A stretch of 26,515 nucleotides of DNA from a virus (taxonomy: Duplodnaviria > Caudoviricetes): the IMG/VR virus record IMGVR_UViG_3300027883_000021, positions 1 through 26,515 of that record, one strand, 5' to 3'. How positions within the stretch are numbered: position 1 is the stretch's first letter; each line of letters starts with the position of its first letter. The translations under genes and the position numbers were made by a program. Positions 17,383 through 25,199 of the stretch are shown piece by piece. The notes below the pieces were generated by a model. That model made no database searches. It saw only the letters and a program-made list of their open reading frames with translations, and had not been told where the DNA came from.

Positions 17383-17555
17383 TCCGCATCCTCCTTATTG
17401 TATTTTGCGCGTTCGTGTTTGATCCTGCCTGCGACGTATGTGGGCGCGCTGTCGATGCAGCGGCCCTCCGCCTTCACTTGGTGCCGCATAACGGCCTCCG
17501 CGCTGGGGTAGCTCCGCCAACAGTCGGGACAGCGAAAATTGCGTTTCTTGCTCAT
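17379..17555 (-). CDS. C2H2/C2HC-like zinc-finger miniprotein (58 aa, not in ORF track)
   Basis: MSKKRNFRCPDCWRSYPSAEAVMRHQVKAEGRC...; ATGA overlaps with both neighbours. Confidence 0.65.
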   Translation of the reverse strand: MSKKRNFRCPDCWRSYPSAEAVMRHQVKAEGRCIDSAPTYVAGRIKHERAKYNKEDAE

Positions 17556-17950
17556 GCGCGGCGGCCCTTGGCTGTTAGTTCGTACCAGTTTCGGTTGCCT
17601 GTGCTGCTAACGTGTTTACGAATAAATCCAGCAGCGCCGTTTAGATTTCGCAAAGCGTTTTCAACGCTCGCTGGGCGCACGATACCCGTCAGCCCGTCCT
17701 GCATGGCACGTTGCGTTGATATGCCGTCTGGGCACGACCGCAGGAATTTCAGCACCTCGACCTCCGCAAGCCGCCGCAAGCCCTGACGTTCAATGACCGA
17801 CCGATCCGGCACCTTTGGCATACGAGAACGGTGGCCGTCTGAGTGTTCGTAGTGGAGGATAGCTTCTCCGACGTGAGCCTCGTTTGCAGTCGCCGCCTTC
17901 GGCAGTGCGAAAGCGTTTTGGGTGATCGTCTGTAGTCGGGTCGTTACCAT
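17552..17950 (-). CDS. Winged-helix DNA-binding protein (alternative start 17986)
   Basis: C-terminal VLKFL...SVENALRNL...GFIRK...WYELTAKGR wHTH pattern; GGAG RBS before ATG 17950. Confidence 0.6.
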   Translation of the reverse strand: MVTTRLQTITQNAFALPKAATANEAHVGEAILHYEHSDGHRSRMPKVPDRSVIERQGLRRLAEVEVLKFLRSCPDGISTQRAMQDGLTGIVRPASVENALRNLNGAAGFIRKHVSSTGNRNWYELTAKGRRA

Positions 17951-17982
17951 TTTAGGTTCTCCACGTAGGGGGGTGCATATTT

Positions 17983-18072
17983 TCATACCCACCCCCGTGT
18001 TTGTGCTACTAAGACGGCTGCGATGATGGTCAATACCGCTGTTACGACCGCACATTCTAAACAAAATTTCAT
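17983..18072 (-). CDS. 29-aa single-pass membrane peptide (not in ORF track)
   Basis: MKFCLECAVVTAVLTIIAAVLVAQTRGWV; ATGA overlaps at both ends. Confidence 0.5.
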   Translation of the reverse strand: MKFCLECAVVTAVLTIIAAVLVAQTRGWV

Positions 18073-18242
18073 CGCTCACCCCGAAGCCATTTGATGTCGA
18101 CTAGCAACGCCTGTTTGTCAGACGTAAGTGCCTCCATCTTTCGAGTAAGGCGCACGATCTCGCTGCGCTGTTTCTGCGCCTTTTCTTGCAGCCGTGAATA
18201 TTTGGCGTTGAGTTTCTCAAATTTCTCTTCGGGATTAGGCAT
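18069..18242 (-). CDS. Coiled-coil protein (57 aa, not in ORF track)
   Basis: MPNPEEKFEKLNAKYSRLQEKAQKQRSEIVRLTRKMEAL...; overlaps both neighbours. Confidence 0.6.
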   Translation of the reverse strand: MPNPEEKFEKLNAKYSRLQEKAQKQRSEIVRLTRKMEALTSDKQALLVDIKWLRGER

Positions 18243-18528
18243 TAATAAAGAACCCTACGAGTGCAGCTGCGGTGCAAGCGGTTGCTCCCGCCCAAAAGTA
18301 GTCCCACCGGAACGGACTCTTCTGGGTAAGCGGTGGTAGAGTTATGGGTTTGGGGGCTTCACGAAGTATGGGCTTGGGGTCTTCGCGATGGACAGGGCGT
18401 CGCGCGTATTTTTGGGAGGACAGCGCGTCCTCTAGCGACATGCCCGCATACAAGCGGTTGTGAACTAACGCTGGTTTTAGTCCAGCTGCTCGGGCTAGGG
18501 CTGACACGTTTACTTTTGCTTTAGTCAT
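18235..18528 (-). CDS. HTH protein with C-terminal transmembrane segment
   Basis: VNVSALARAAGLKPALVHNRL..GMSLEDAL HTH, a Pro-rich linker, then hydrophobic FWAGATACTAAALVGFFINA. Confidence 0.65.
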   Translation of the reverse strand: MTKAKVNVSALARAAGLKPALVHNRLYAGMSLEDALSSQKYARRPVHREDPKPILREAPKPITLPPLTQKSPFRWDYFWAGATACTAAALVGFFINA

Positions 18529-18539
18529 GTTGTTATCCT

Positions 18540-19214
18540 TTAAGACATTACTCGGTGTGCGATTGCGACGGCGGCAAGGGCGTTACGGTCGATACCCAGC
18601 TCGGTGATGGCAGACTGCTGCTCTTCTTTTTTGACGCGTGGTGCGACGGCCTCATGCATCTTTCTGAGGTACTGGTCAGGCACATACAGCTCGATCTCAG
18701 GCATCTCTTTAATGGCAGCGTTGAGCGATGCGTGGGTGCGCAAGAACCCGATGACCTGCCGCTCGACTTCTCGGTACTGCGTCTCGATGGTGCTGCGCTG
18801 CTCTGTCTTTGTGGTGTGCGCCTGAACCCACATCGCGAGAGCCCCCGTGCACTCGTCGGCGTACACGTCGACGTCAACACTCCAGCTGTTTGCTTTTGCT
18901 TTGTGCGCAGGCACCTCGAACTTCCGGTGCTCAGGGGCGTCGAGACCTGCCCGAGCTATGGTGTTGCCGGAGTGGTCTTTGATTCGCAGGTTGATGCGTT
19001 CGGTCTTGAACAGCCAAGACTCTGGCAGGTTGCCACGAAGCTGCGGTGCGTCACGGTAGGCCGCTGTGTGTATAGCTTCACAGGCCGCAGCGTACTCGGC
19101 GGTGTCGATCTCGATGCTCTTACTTTCGTAAACGCCAAGTGCTTTCGCGGCCATATTACGGATGCGTCTAACGACGTCGTCGATCAGTGTTTCTGTCTTG
19201 CGTACATATGCCAT
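18540..19214 (-). CDS. Hypothetical protein, Nmad5-like
   Basis: C-terminal FL....SLNAAIKEMPEIELYVP resembles nucleotide-modification-associated domain 5. Confidence 0.5.
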   Translation of the reverse strand: MAYVRKTETLIDDVVRRIRNMAAKALGVYESKSIEIDTAEYAAACEAIHTAAYRDAPQLRGNLPESWLFKTERINLRIKDHSGNTIARAGLDAPEHRKFEVPAHKAKANSWSVDVDVYADECTGALAMWVQAHTTKTEQRSTIETQYREVERQVIGFLRTHASLNAAIKEMPEIELYVPDQYLRKMHEAVAPRVKKEEQQSAITELGIDRNALAAVAIAHRVMS

Positions 19215-19225
19215 AGTATTATTCC

Positions 19226-19771
19226 CTATGCTGCTTTTACAAAGATGGTCAGTTCTTCACCGGCTTCGATCTTCTCGGCCAGTTGTGCGCGGATTGAGTC
19301 CTCGTCGTCCTTGAGGTACTCTTTGATGAAATCGGCGCGTTCGTGTGGGGAGATTTTTGGGAGTGGGAACTCGTCCATGTCTGCTCCCTTTTCGATGTTA
19401 TCCAGCCAGCGGCGACACAGGTAGTTGTGGTAGTTCCACCCTTGAAGTTCGCCTTGGCTCTGCGCTAGTTTTATCCAAGCCGCGGTGTAAGCAACCATGT
19501 CCTCTTTCTTGTCGTCGCGAATTGCGTCGAGTGGGATCATGCTGTTAGTGGCCGCGTTGATAATCGTGCTGCCGTACGCACGAGTTAGCTCCTCAATGAA
19601 GTCAGATGTTTGATACCCTGCTGTAGACAGGCCGTCGCGCAGCGCTTTAAGGATTATGCTACGGCGGCGAGATGTCCACTGGCTTGGTTGGATGTGGATT
19701 GTGGCTCCGGTAAAGCCTTGGTCTCTTGTTATGTCGGCGATGTTGTTAGCCACGGGGTTACGTGCAGTCAT
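19226..19771 (-). CDS. Hypothetical protein (181 aa)
   Basis: GAGGAG RBS; operon orientation. Confidence 0.7.
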   Translation of the reverse strand: MTARNPVANNIADITRDQGFTGATIHIQPSQWTSRRRSIILKALRDGLSTAGYQTSDFIEELTRAYGSTIINAATNSMIPLDAIRDDKKEDMVAYTAAWIKLAQSQGELQGWNYHNYLCRRWLDNIEKGADMDEFPLPKISPHERADFIKEYLKDDEDSIRAQLAEKIEAGEELTIFVKAA

Positions 19772-19776
19772 AGTTA

Positions 19777-20925
19777 TTACTCCTCGAACTTAATGACGGT
19801 GCCCCAGTCGAATGACGTGGTGCCTGTGGTGAGCCACACGGTTTCGTGTGTGGTGGTGAAGGATGATTGGTCGCCGTAGCCGTCGGTCAGGTAGACTACG
19901 CACTCGGGGTCGATGTTGTTGTCGTCGACCCAGTCGAACACTGGCTTGAACGATGTACCGCCGCCGCCCTTGGCTTGGATGTAAACAGGAAAGTCGTCAG
20001 GTGTGTACTCGTCAACACCTTGGACGTGTGTGTTACAGTAAACCACGTGGACAATCTCTGGGCTGCACGTGTCGAGTATGCGGTTGATGTGCCCGTTGAA
20101 CATGGCGATGTCGTCGTCGTCTAGCGAGCCAGACGTGTCGACAGCGATGACAAGTGGTCCCATGTTGGGTGTGTAGTCGGTGCCGGGGATGTATATACCT
20201 CGGGCGATGAAGCGACGGTTGGGTCTGTTCCAAGAGTAGCCGTCTTTGATCTTAGACTGCATGAAGCGCTCGAGGATACTGTGCCAAGGTGTTGTCACGT
20301 TAACAAGTTGATCGACGAGACGCTCGATGCTTCCAGGGAGCTTACCGACGGCTTTGGCTGCCTTGGCGCATTGGATGGCGTCGATCTTGGCTTGTGCCTC
20401 TAGCTGGCTGATCTGTGAGTCGTCTAGCGCGCTGCCGTTGTCGTCGACTGGTGGGCCTACGTCGTTGCCTATGCCGCCCGGACCGTCGCCGTCGCCGTCG
20501 TCTGCCTCGTCGTACAGTTCTTCGGATGCCATGTTACGTGCGCCGTCGAGTGTCACACCGCCGTCGATGAAGTCACCGACATTGGCGTCGATCAGCGTGT
20601 CGTTGATAACCTTGTCGCAAGCGATGTTCCACGCTTTGGCGTCGCGATGGCCAAGACGCAGCGAATGAGACAGCATGTAGTGCAGTGCCTCGTGTGCCAG
20701 TAAGAACATAAGCTGTCGTACAGTTAACGCAGAACACCAGTCGGGGTTCATATACATCTGGCCTGTACCTGACATAGCTGCTGTCGGAACTGTGTCGGTG
20801 TAGATGATCGGGCGCTTGGAACAAGCGGTGCCAAAGAAGGGGTGGTCAAGAATAAGTAGTGACTTGGCCTTGCCTACCTTGCGTTGCAACTCGTCGAGCG
20901 CAGTGTGCTGTAGTGGGGCGTTCAT
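19777..20925 (-). CDS. DUF2201-type metallopeptidase-vWA domain protein
   Basis: LAHEALH (HExxH), WNIACD..IN, an acidic Gly linker, MIDAS DTSGS, GGGGTSF and YLTDGYG. Start MNAPLQ at 20925 (ATGA overlap). Confidence 0.88.
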   Translation of the reverse strand: MNAPLQHTALDELQRKVGKAKSLLILDHPFFGTACSKRPIIYTDTVPTAAMSGTGQMYMNPDWCSALTVRQLMFLLAHEALHYMLSHSLRLGHRDAKAWNIACDKVINDTLIDANVGDFIDGGVTLDGARNMASEELYDEADDGDGDGPGGIGNDVGPPVDDNGSALDDSQISQLEAQAKIDAIQCAKAAKAVGKLPGSIERLVDQLVNVTTPWHSILERFMQSKIKDGYSWNRPNRRFIARGIYIPGTDYTPNMGPLVIAVDTSGSLDDDDIAMFNGHINRILDTCSPEIVHVVYCNTHVQGVDEYTPDDFPVYIQAKGGGGTSFKPVFDWVDDNNIDPECVVYLTDGYGDQSSFTTTHETVWLTTGTTSFDWGTVIKFEE

Positions 20926-21158
20926 GCTGTTTTCCTTTCTGATTTGACGATGGCGATCTGGGCGAGGGTCTTGATGTCTGTGATTGCGCGAAAAGCTCCG
21001 GTGCTCTGGTCCTCGCACTCTGTGCACCAGTCGCGGCCTTCATCCGAAATTTGAAAGTCCGCATAACCTTGCGTGACGTTGTCCCAGTAACAGTGCGCTT
21101 CGATAATTATGTCAGTGCTGCCGCAGCCGACGCAGTAGTATTCTTTGGGTTGTCTCAT
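20922..21158 (-). CDS. Zinc-ribbon protein
   Basis: CVGCGSTD...WCTEC; ATGA-coupled on both sides. Confidence 0.7.
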   Translation of the reverse strand: MRQPKEYYCVGCGSTDIIIEAHCYWDNVTQGYADFQISDEGRDWCTECEDQSTGAFRAITDIKTLAQIAIVKSERKTA

Positions 21159-22192
21159 ACCAACCCCGCCATCTGACCGCATAGTGCGTCGATCTGGGAT
21201 GCAGCTTTCTGGCGGACGGACTGGTTGTTACGCAGCATGTCCTTGTTGTTGGCGTAGGTGCCAATGAGTGACTGCAAGTCTTTGATGCGCTCGGTGACGA
21301 ACGGATCGTCGCTGATGTTGATCTTGGCCATACGTGACGAGACGTCGACGAGGTTGTCGACTAGACTGTCGCGGAAGATACTACCGTCGTTGCCGATGGG
21401 CACAGCTAGCTTGGACGCAGCGCGCTGCATAGGCTCAAGCATCTGAGTAAGGACATGTCTGCTTGCGTTCGCTGTCGCGTCGTCGAGCTGCTGCTGGAGC
21501 GATGCCTTGTCGTCGTCGCTGATACCCACACGGAAGTCACCAGTGGTAGGCACGGGGATGTAACGCACCTCGATACCGAACCGCGAAGCAACCTCGTCGG
21601 CTTCTGGGTAGTCGTTAGGGTCGGCAAGGTCGGGCTTACCTTTGGCGTAGGCGATGTCCTGCAAACGCTGCAAGTCGATGCGCACTTCGTGGTCCCAGTT
21701 GGCTACTAGATCGTCGACCGCGTCGTTGGCCTTGTCGATCAGTTGACGCAGACCCGACGTGAAGTCCATGTAATGGTCGATGTTGAGCAGTTCGACGCCA
21801 GTTGTCCACGGGACTGTGTTGTCCTTGGCGAAACTATACACTGCGGTGTACGCACTGATGGCGACTTTGACGCGGTTGGTCGTGCCTTGGAACAAGTGCT
21901 TGTTCACGTTACCTGCGCCGTATGCTTTGCTCTCGGCCTCGTCGAGTTTGTAAGGTGAGTACATGCGGCGCTTGACTTGAACGAGCACGGCTTTCTCGTC
22001 GAGGTTCTTAACCTTAACGAACTCACGCTTGACTTCTTGAACGACAGGCGCGGCAACTTCTGCAATAGACTTGAACGTATCTGGTGACGTGTAAACAGGT
22101 TGTGCCGATGAGTCGTCGTCGACGGCTGGAGCTGCTGGAATAGCGTGTTGTGCGGCTTCCATAGCTGCGAGTAGTTGTGCTTGCATATTCAT
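21155..22192 (-). CDS. DUF3150-like protein
   Basis: Helical protein (TVPW, DYP...V..RF, FRDSL..N, NI..DP) located between the AAA+ ATPase and vWA genes. Confidence 0.55.
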   Translation of the reverse strand: MNMQAQLLAAMEAAQHAIPAAPAVDDDSSAQPVYTSPDTFKSIAEVAAPVVQEVKREFVKVKNLDEKAVLVQVKRRMYSPYKLDEAESKAYGAGNVNKHLFQGTTNRVKVAISAYTAVYSFAKDNTVPWTTGVELLNIDHYMDFTSGLRQLIDKANDAVDDLVANWDHEVRIDLQRLQDIAYAKGKPDLADPNDYPEADEVASRFGIEVRYIPVPTTGDFRVGISDDDKASLQQQLDDATANASRHVLTQMLEPMQRAASKLAVPIGNDGSIFRDSLVDNLVDVSSRMAKINISDDPFVTERIKDLQSLIGTYANNKDMLRNNQSVRQKAASQIDALCGQMAGLV

Positions 22193-22193
22193 G

Positions 22194-22430
22194 CTAGTTC
22201 CTCCCTTTGATTCTTTCGGCTGCGATATACGCTGCGCCGTTGTCGTGGATTGTTTGTGCTTCCGACAGTATGTCGTCGAAAAACTCTGCGTAACGCGTTA
22301 AGCCAAGCTCAAAGGGTCGGTCTTTGAGGATCATCTCCAAATCGCTTAGGTGTTTGTAGAGACAAGACATTTGCTCGGCCATGACAAGCTCCAGTCCGCG
22401 TTGGTGGTGGTAGCGGTACGGGTTTGGCAT
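22194..22430 (-). CDS. Hypothetical protein (78 aa)
   Basis: GGAGG RBS; TGATG overlap with the ATPase. Confidence 0.65.
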   Translation of the reverse strand: MPNPYRYHHQRGLELVMAEQMSCLYKHLSDLEMILKDRPFELGLTRYAEFFDDILSEAQTIHDNGAAYIAAERIKGRN

Positions 22431-23443
22431 CAGTTTCCTCCCATAAAGATGTCTTTGTTGGCGATGGCCCAGCTGATGAAGTCCTTAGTCTGTTGCAGCG
22501 GTGGGTTGAGACGCAGGGCGTCGGTGACGTAGACCATCTGGAACTCTTTGGGCAGACGGCTGATATACTGCATGTCACGGCCAAAACAGTCGGGTGTTGC
22601 CGTCATGGACAGCGCAGTGGACACAGCGAACCGAACTGCTGGCTCGGATGGAACTTCTGCGTTGTCTGGATGTAGGCGGATGCTGTCGATGCTAGGCATC
22701 TTGTTCATCATGTCACGGGCTGAAACCCACTCGGCGGCTGCGCCCTCACCAACCTTACCCTCGGCGGCAGTCATATACATGTTAGTGGGTAAGTCGTTAG
22801 GGACTTCTGTGAACAGCTTAGTCCACGAACGTTGGGTTGGGTTGCTGCGCCGCGATGAGTCGTAATCGTTGAGCAGGTTAGGACGTAGGCGCAAGAACGC
22901 AACGCCCAGTGGGTCAACGCCGTTCTCCATCGCCCAGCCACACCAGTCGTCGAGTGAAGTGTCGACGTCGAAGTGGTACATACGGTCGTTGAGGTGGCCT
23001 AGTAGGGGCTTAGCACCAGCGCGATCCTCGGCACGGTTGCCGGTGGCGATCATAACAACGTCGTCGTCTACCTTGAACATGGGTGTCTCACGCTCGAGGA
23101 CAAAACCGGCGGCCCACGTTTGCAGCTGCTGTGATGACTGTGCCATCTCCTCGAGGACGATCATGCCCTTGCCGGTGCCTTGGCGGAAGTCGTAAAACAA
23201 TTTGGTGGGGTTGAACACGGTCATACCGTCGGTGACACTGGGCACGCCGGTGAAGTCGACGACGTCGTGGTTGTTAATATGCACCACAAGAACGCGGTCA
23301 TGCGGTATGCCAAGCTCGTCGGCGATTTGAAGGCAGGCGTCTGACTTACCCATGCCGGGTGCGCCGTGAAGCATAGGCACTACTTTAGGGGATTTGCGGA
23401 ACATTGCCGCGATGGTGGTCTTGCACTCGTTTATGCTAGCCAT
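22430..23443 (-). CDS. MoxR-like AAA+ ATPase
   Basis: Walker A GAPGMGKS, Walker B IVLEEM, sensor ATGNR, arginine finger LNDRM, PTQRSW. Confidence 0.9.
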   Translation of the reverse strand: MASINECKTTIAAMFRKSPKVVPMLHGAPGMGKSDACLQIADELGIPHDRVLVVHINNHDVVDFTGVPSVTDGMTVFNPTKLFYDFRQGTGKGMIVLEEMAQSSQQLQTWAAGFVLERETPMFKVDDDVVMIATGNRAEDRAGAKPLLGHLNDRMYHFDVDTSLDDWCGWAMENGVDPLGVAFLRLRPNLLNDYDSSRRSNPTQRSWTKLFTEVPNDLPTNMYMTAAEGKVGEGAAAEWVSARDMMNKMPSIDSIRLHPDNAEVPSEPAVRFAVSTALSMTATPDCFGRDMQYISRLPKEFQMVYVTDALRLNPPLQQTKDFISWAIANKDIFMGGN

Positions 23444-23488
23444 AGTGGTTCTCCTGTGTGCCCTTAGGTGGGCGCAGTTGAATGTATA

Positions 23489-23517
23489 TGATTACATGTA
23501 AACACATAATATGTCAA
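23489..23517 (-). promoter_or_regulatory. Sigma70 promoter overlapped by operator
   Basis: TTGACA (23517-23512), 17-bp spacer, TAATCA (23494-23489); palindrome GATTACATGTAAAC at 23490-23503. Confidence 0.65.
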
Positions 23518-23524
23518 CACGTGG

Positions 23525-23704
23525 TTATAGGTTTAAGGTCTCCTGTTCGATGCGAACGTCAAAACCCATCGACGTGATCGTTTTAAGGGTGGTGTCGGAC
23601 AGGGTCTTGGTGCCCGCGATGCTGGCGAAGTGCTTGGCGTTGTCGCACACTGGGTACACCAGTCGGCTGCCGTACACGTCTTTGAACTTGATGGTGATGT
23701 TCAT
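23525..23704 (-). CDS. Conserved small phage protein (59 aa, not in ORF track)
   Basis: MNITIKFKDVYGSRLVYPVCDNAKHFASIAGTKTL; the VYG..YP.C..A..FA...G.KTL pattern is common in phage early regions. Confidence 0.7.
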   Translation of the reverse strand: MNITIKFKDVYGSRLVYPVCDNAKHFASIAGTKTLSDTTLKTITSMGFDVRIEQETLNL

Positions 23705-23898
23705 CCTTCACCTGCCAGTGTTGCCTCGAAGGCAAAGTCGAATGGGAACCCGCTGTTTACGTCGCAGCCGATAATGTAGGCTTCGTCCAGCTGGATGCTG
23801 TGTTTGTATAACGTGACAAGTTGTTGTCGAGTTAACGGGCAGCCAATGAAGCCATACTTAGCGAACTGCCTCTGCAAAGTTGTGATGTACCATTTCAT
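23701..23898 (-). CDS. Hypothetical protein (65 aa)
   Basis: GAGGAG RBS; ATGA overlaps. Confidence 0.65.
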   Translation of the reverse strand: MKWYITTLQRQFAKYGFIGCPLTRQQLVTLYKHSIQLDEAYIIGCDVNSGFPFDFAFEATLAGEG

Positions 23899-24059
23899 GC
23901 GTGTTTCTCCTCGTTGGCTGTCACGACGACAGCGCTTGTTGCGCCTACGGTGGCGGTGAACTCTCGCTTGGCCTCAGCCATAGCCTCGGCGACGTTGCTG
24001 GCTTGCACACGCTCAACACGTGAAACAACACCTTCAACGGTTATGTAAAAGGTTCTCAT
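23895..24059 (-). CDS. Small protein (54 aa, DpnD/PcfM-like, not in ORF track)
   Basis: MRTFYITVEGVVSRVERVQASNVAEAMAEAK; ATGA overlaps at both ends. Confidence 0.6.
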   Translation of the reverse strand: MRTFYITVEGVVSRVERVQASNVAEAMAEAKREFTATVGATSAVVVTANEEKHA

Positions 24060-24397
24060 GCTGCGGCCCGCTCTCTCATTACGCGCTGCGCGGCGTGGTT
24101 GACGTAACTACCTGCGAGGATAAGGGCGCGGAGGTAGTCAGTTGATGCCCAGCGGATGTCGCCGTCGGGGCGCGCGTGGGTCTTGTGACGTTCTGTGGTT
24201 GGTGTCGTCCAGTCCGCGTTACCGAACCACTGGCGGGCAATGCTGTCGTAGACGTACATCGGGTAGTGCTCACCGTATGAGTAGACAACATACAAACCCT
24301 TGCTGCTGATAGACGACGTGATCGTCTCGTTGTTGGTCATAAAGGCACGGCGCTCGTTGACGGCGTCACGCACTTGGTTGTTGGCTAGTCTAGGCAT
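24056..24397 (-). CDS. Conserved phage early protein
   Basis: YVVYSYGEHYPM...W..N...TPTTERH pattern; start MPRLAN at 24397 after AGGAGG. Confidence 0.7.
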   Translation of the reverse strand: MPRLANNQVRDAVNERRAFMTNNETITSSISSKGLYVVYSYGEHYPMYVYDSIARQWFGNADWTTPTTERHKTHARPDGDIRWASTDYLRALILAGSYVNHAAQRVMRERAAA

Positions 24398-24585
24398 CAG
24401 TTGCCCTCCTGTGAGACGTCGTGGACTTCGGATGTGCCGTCGGACAGACGCCAGTGGGGTTCGTCGTCTAGTAGTGCTGTCTGGCACTGCTCGGTTGCCC
24501 ATTCTTCTGCGGCTTCTGCGGTGCCAAAATCCCTGCTGGTCGTGTAGACGTGGCACGTCTCGACGGTGATGTTGAAAGTAGGCAT
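24397..24585 (-). CDS. Small acidic hypothetical protein
   Basis: GGAGG RBS; MPTFNITVE...TAEAAEEWA. Confidence 0.65.
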   Translation of the reverse strand: MPTFNITVETCHVYTTSRDFGTAEAAEEWATEQCQTALLDDEPHWRLSDGTSEVHDVSQEGN

Positions 24586-24641
24586 TAGATGTCCTCCATA
24601 GGGGTTTGGGTTTCGCGGTGTGTCAAAGTTACCTCCGGTTG

Positions 24642-24908
24642 TCAGGAGTGGAATCCAAAGTGGCCGTCGTGCCAGACAGCGCCAATGACATATCCTACGC
24701 TTGGCGCGTCAGCGTCAGCGCGGTAGGCTGCAACCAATTCGGGGTTCCCGTCAAATACGCCACCGCTGATGGTCACGTGGGGGAAAGACATGTTCCAGCC
24801 CGACAGGTAGCCAAGGGCTGCGTTGAGTTTGTCGTGGCCTGTGATCTCTGCGATCTCCATGTTGGTGACGGCATCCACGTTGAGCGTGATCGTGCGTTGG
24901 TCTGTCAT
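24642..24908 (-). CDS. Hypothetical protein (88 aa)
   Basis: Start MTDQRT after GGAGG; ends YVIGAVWHDGHFGFHS. Confidence 0.65.
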   Translation of the reverse strand: MTDQRTITLNVDAVTNMEIAEITGHDKLNAALGYLSGWNMSFPHVTISGGVFDGNPELVAAYRADADAPSVGYVIGAVWHDGHFGFHS

Positions 24909-25165
24909 GGTGTTACCTCCGTAGGGGTTTGGTTGTTGAATAGGTCTGACGGGTAAACACACGCGCCTTGGGTGTAGGTGCCGTGCGGTGTCGGGAAGCG
25001 TTCTCCACAACCTGTTATCCAGTTGATGAAGATGAACGAGACGAACGCGCCAGTGATGGCGGCGAACATTAGGACGCCAGTGACGTCGATGAGTCGTCGA
25101 ATATTGGACGAGGTTACGTCTGCGCGGCGTTCGCGGTCTCGTGACGTGTTTGCGGTGTATGCCAT
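24905..25165 (-). CDS. Small membrane protein
   Basis: GGAGG RBS; TM segment VLMFAAITGAFVSFIFINWI followed by GCGE...GAC. Confidence 0.65.
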   Translation of the reverse strand: MAYTANTSRDRERRADVTSSNIRRLIDVTGVLMFAAITGAFVSFIFINWITGCGERFPTPHGTYTQGACVYPSDLFNNQTPTEVTP

Positions 25166-25182
25166 GTTTGGACCTCCAAAGT

Positions 25183-25196
25183 GGTTACGTGTAAGC
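25183..25196. promoter_or_regulatory. Putative operator
   Basis: GGTTACGTGTAAGC, just upstream of the RBS of the 25165 gene. Confidence 0.45.
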
Positions 25197-25199
25197 ACC

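Noticed and set aside
17972-17986. MKICT start identical to the DNA polymerase N-terminus
   Set aside because: Only five codons match and similarity does not extend; probably coincidence.
18555-19424. 289-aa + strand ORF and the other + strand ORFs between 4.7 and 26 kb
   Set aside because: Antisense shadows of well-supported, translationally coupled - strand genes, with no recognisable motifs.
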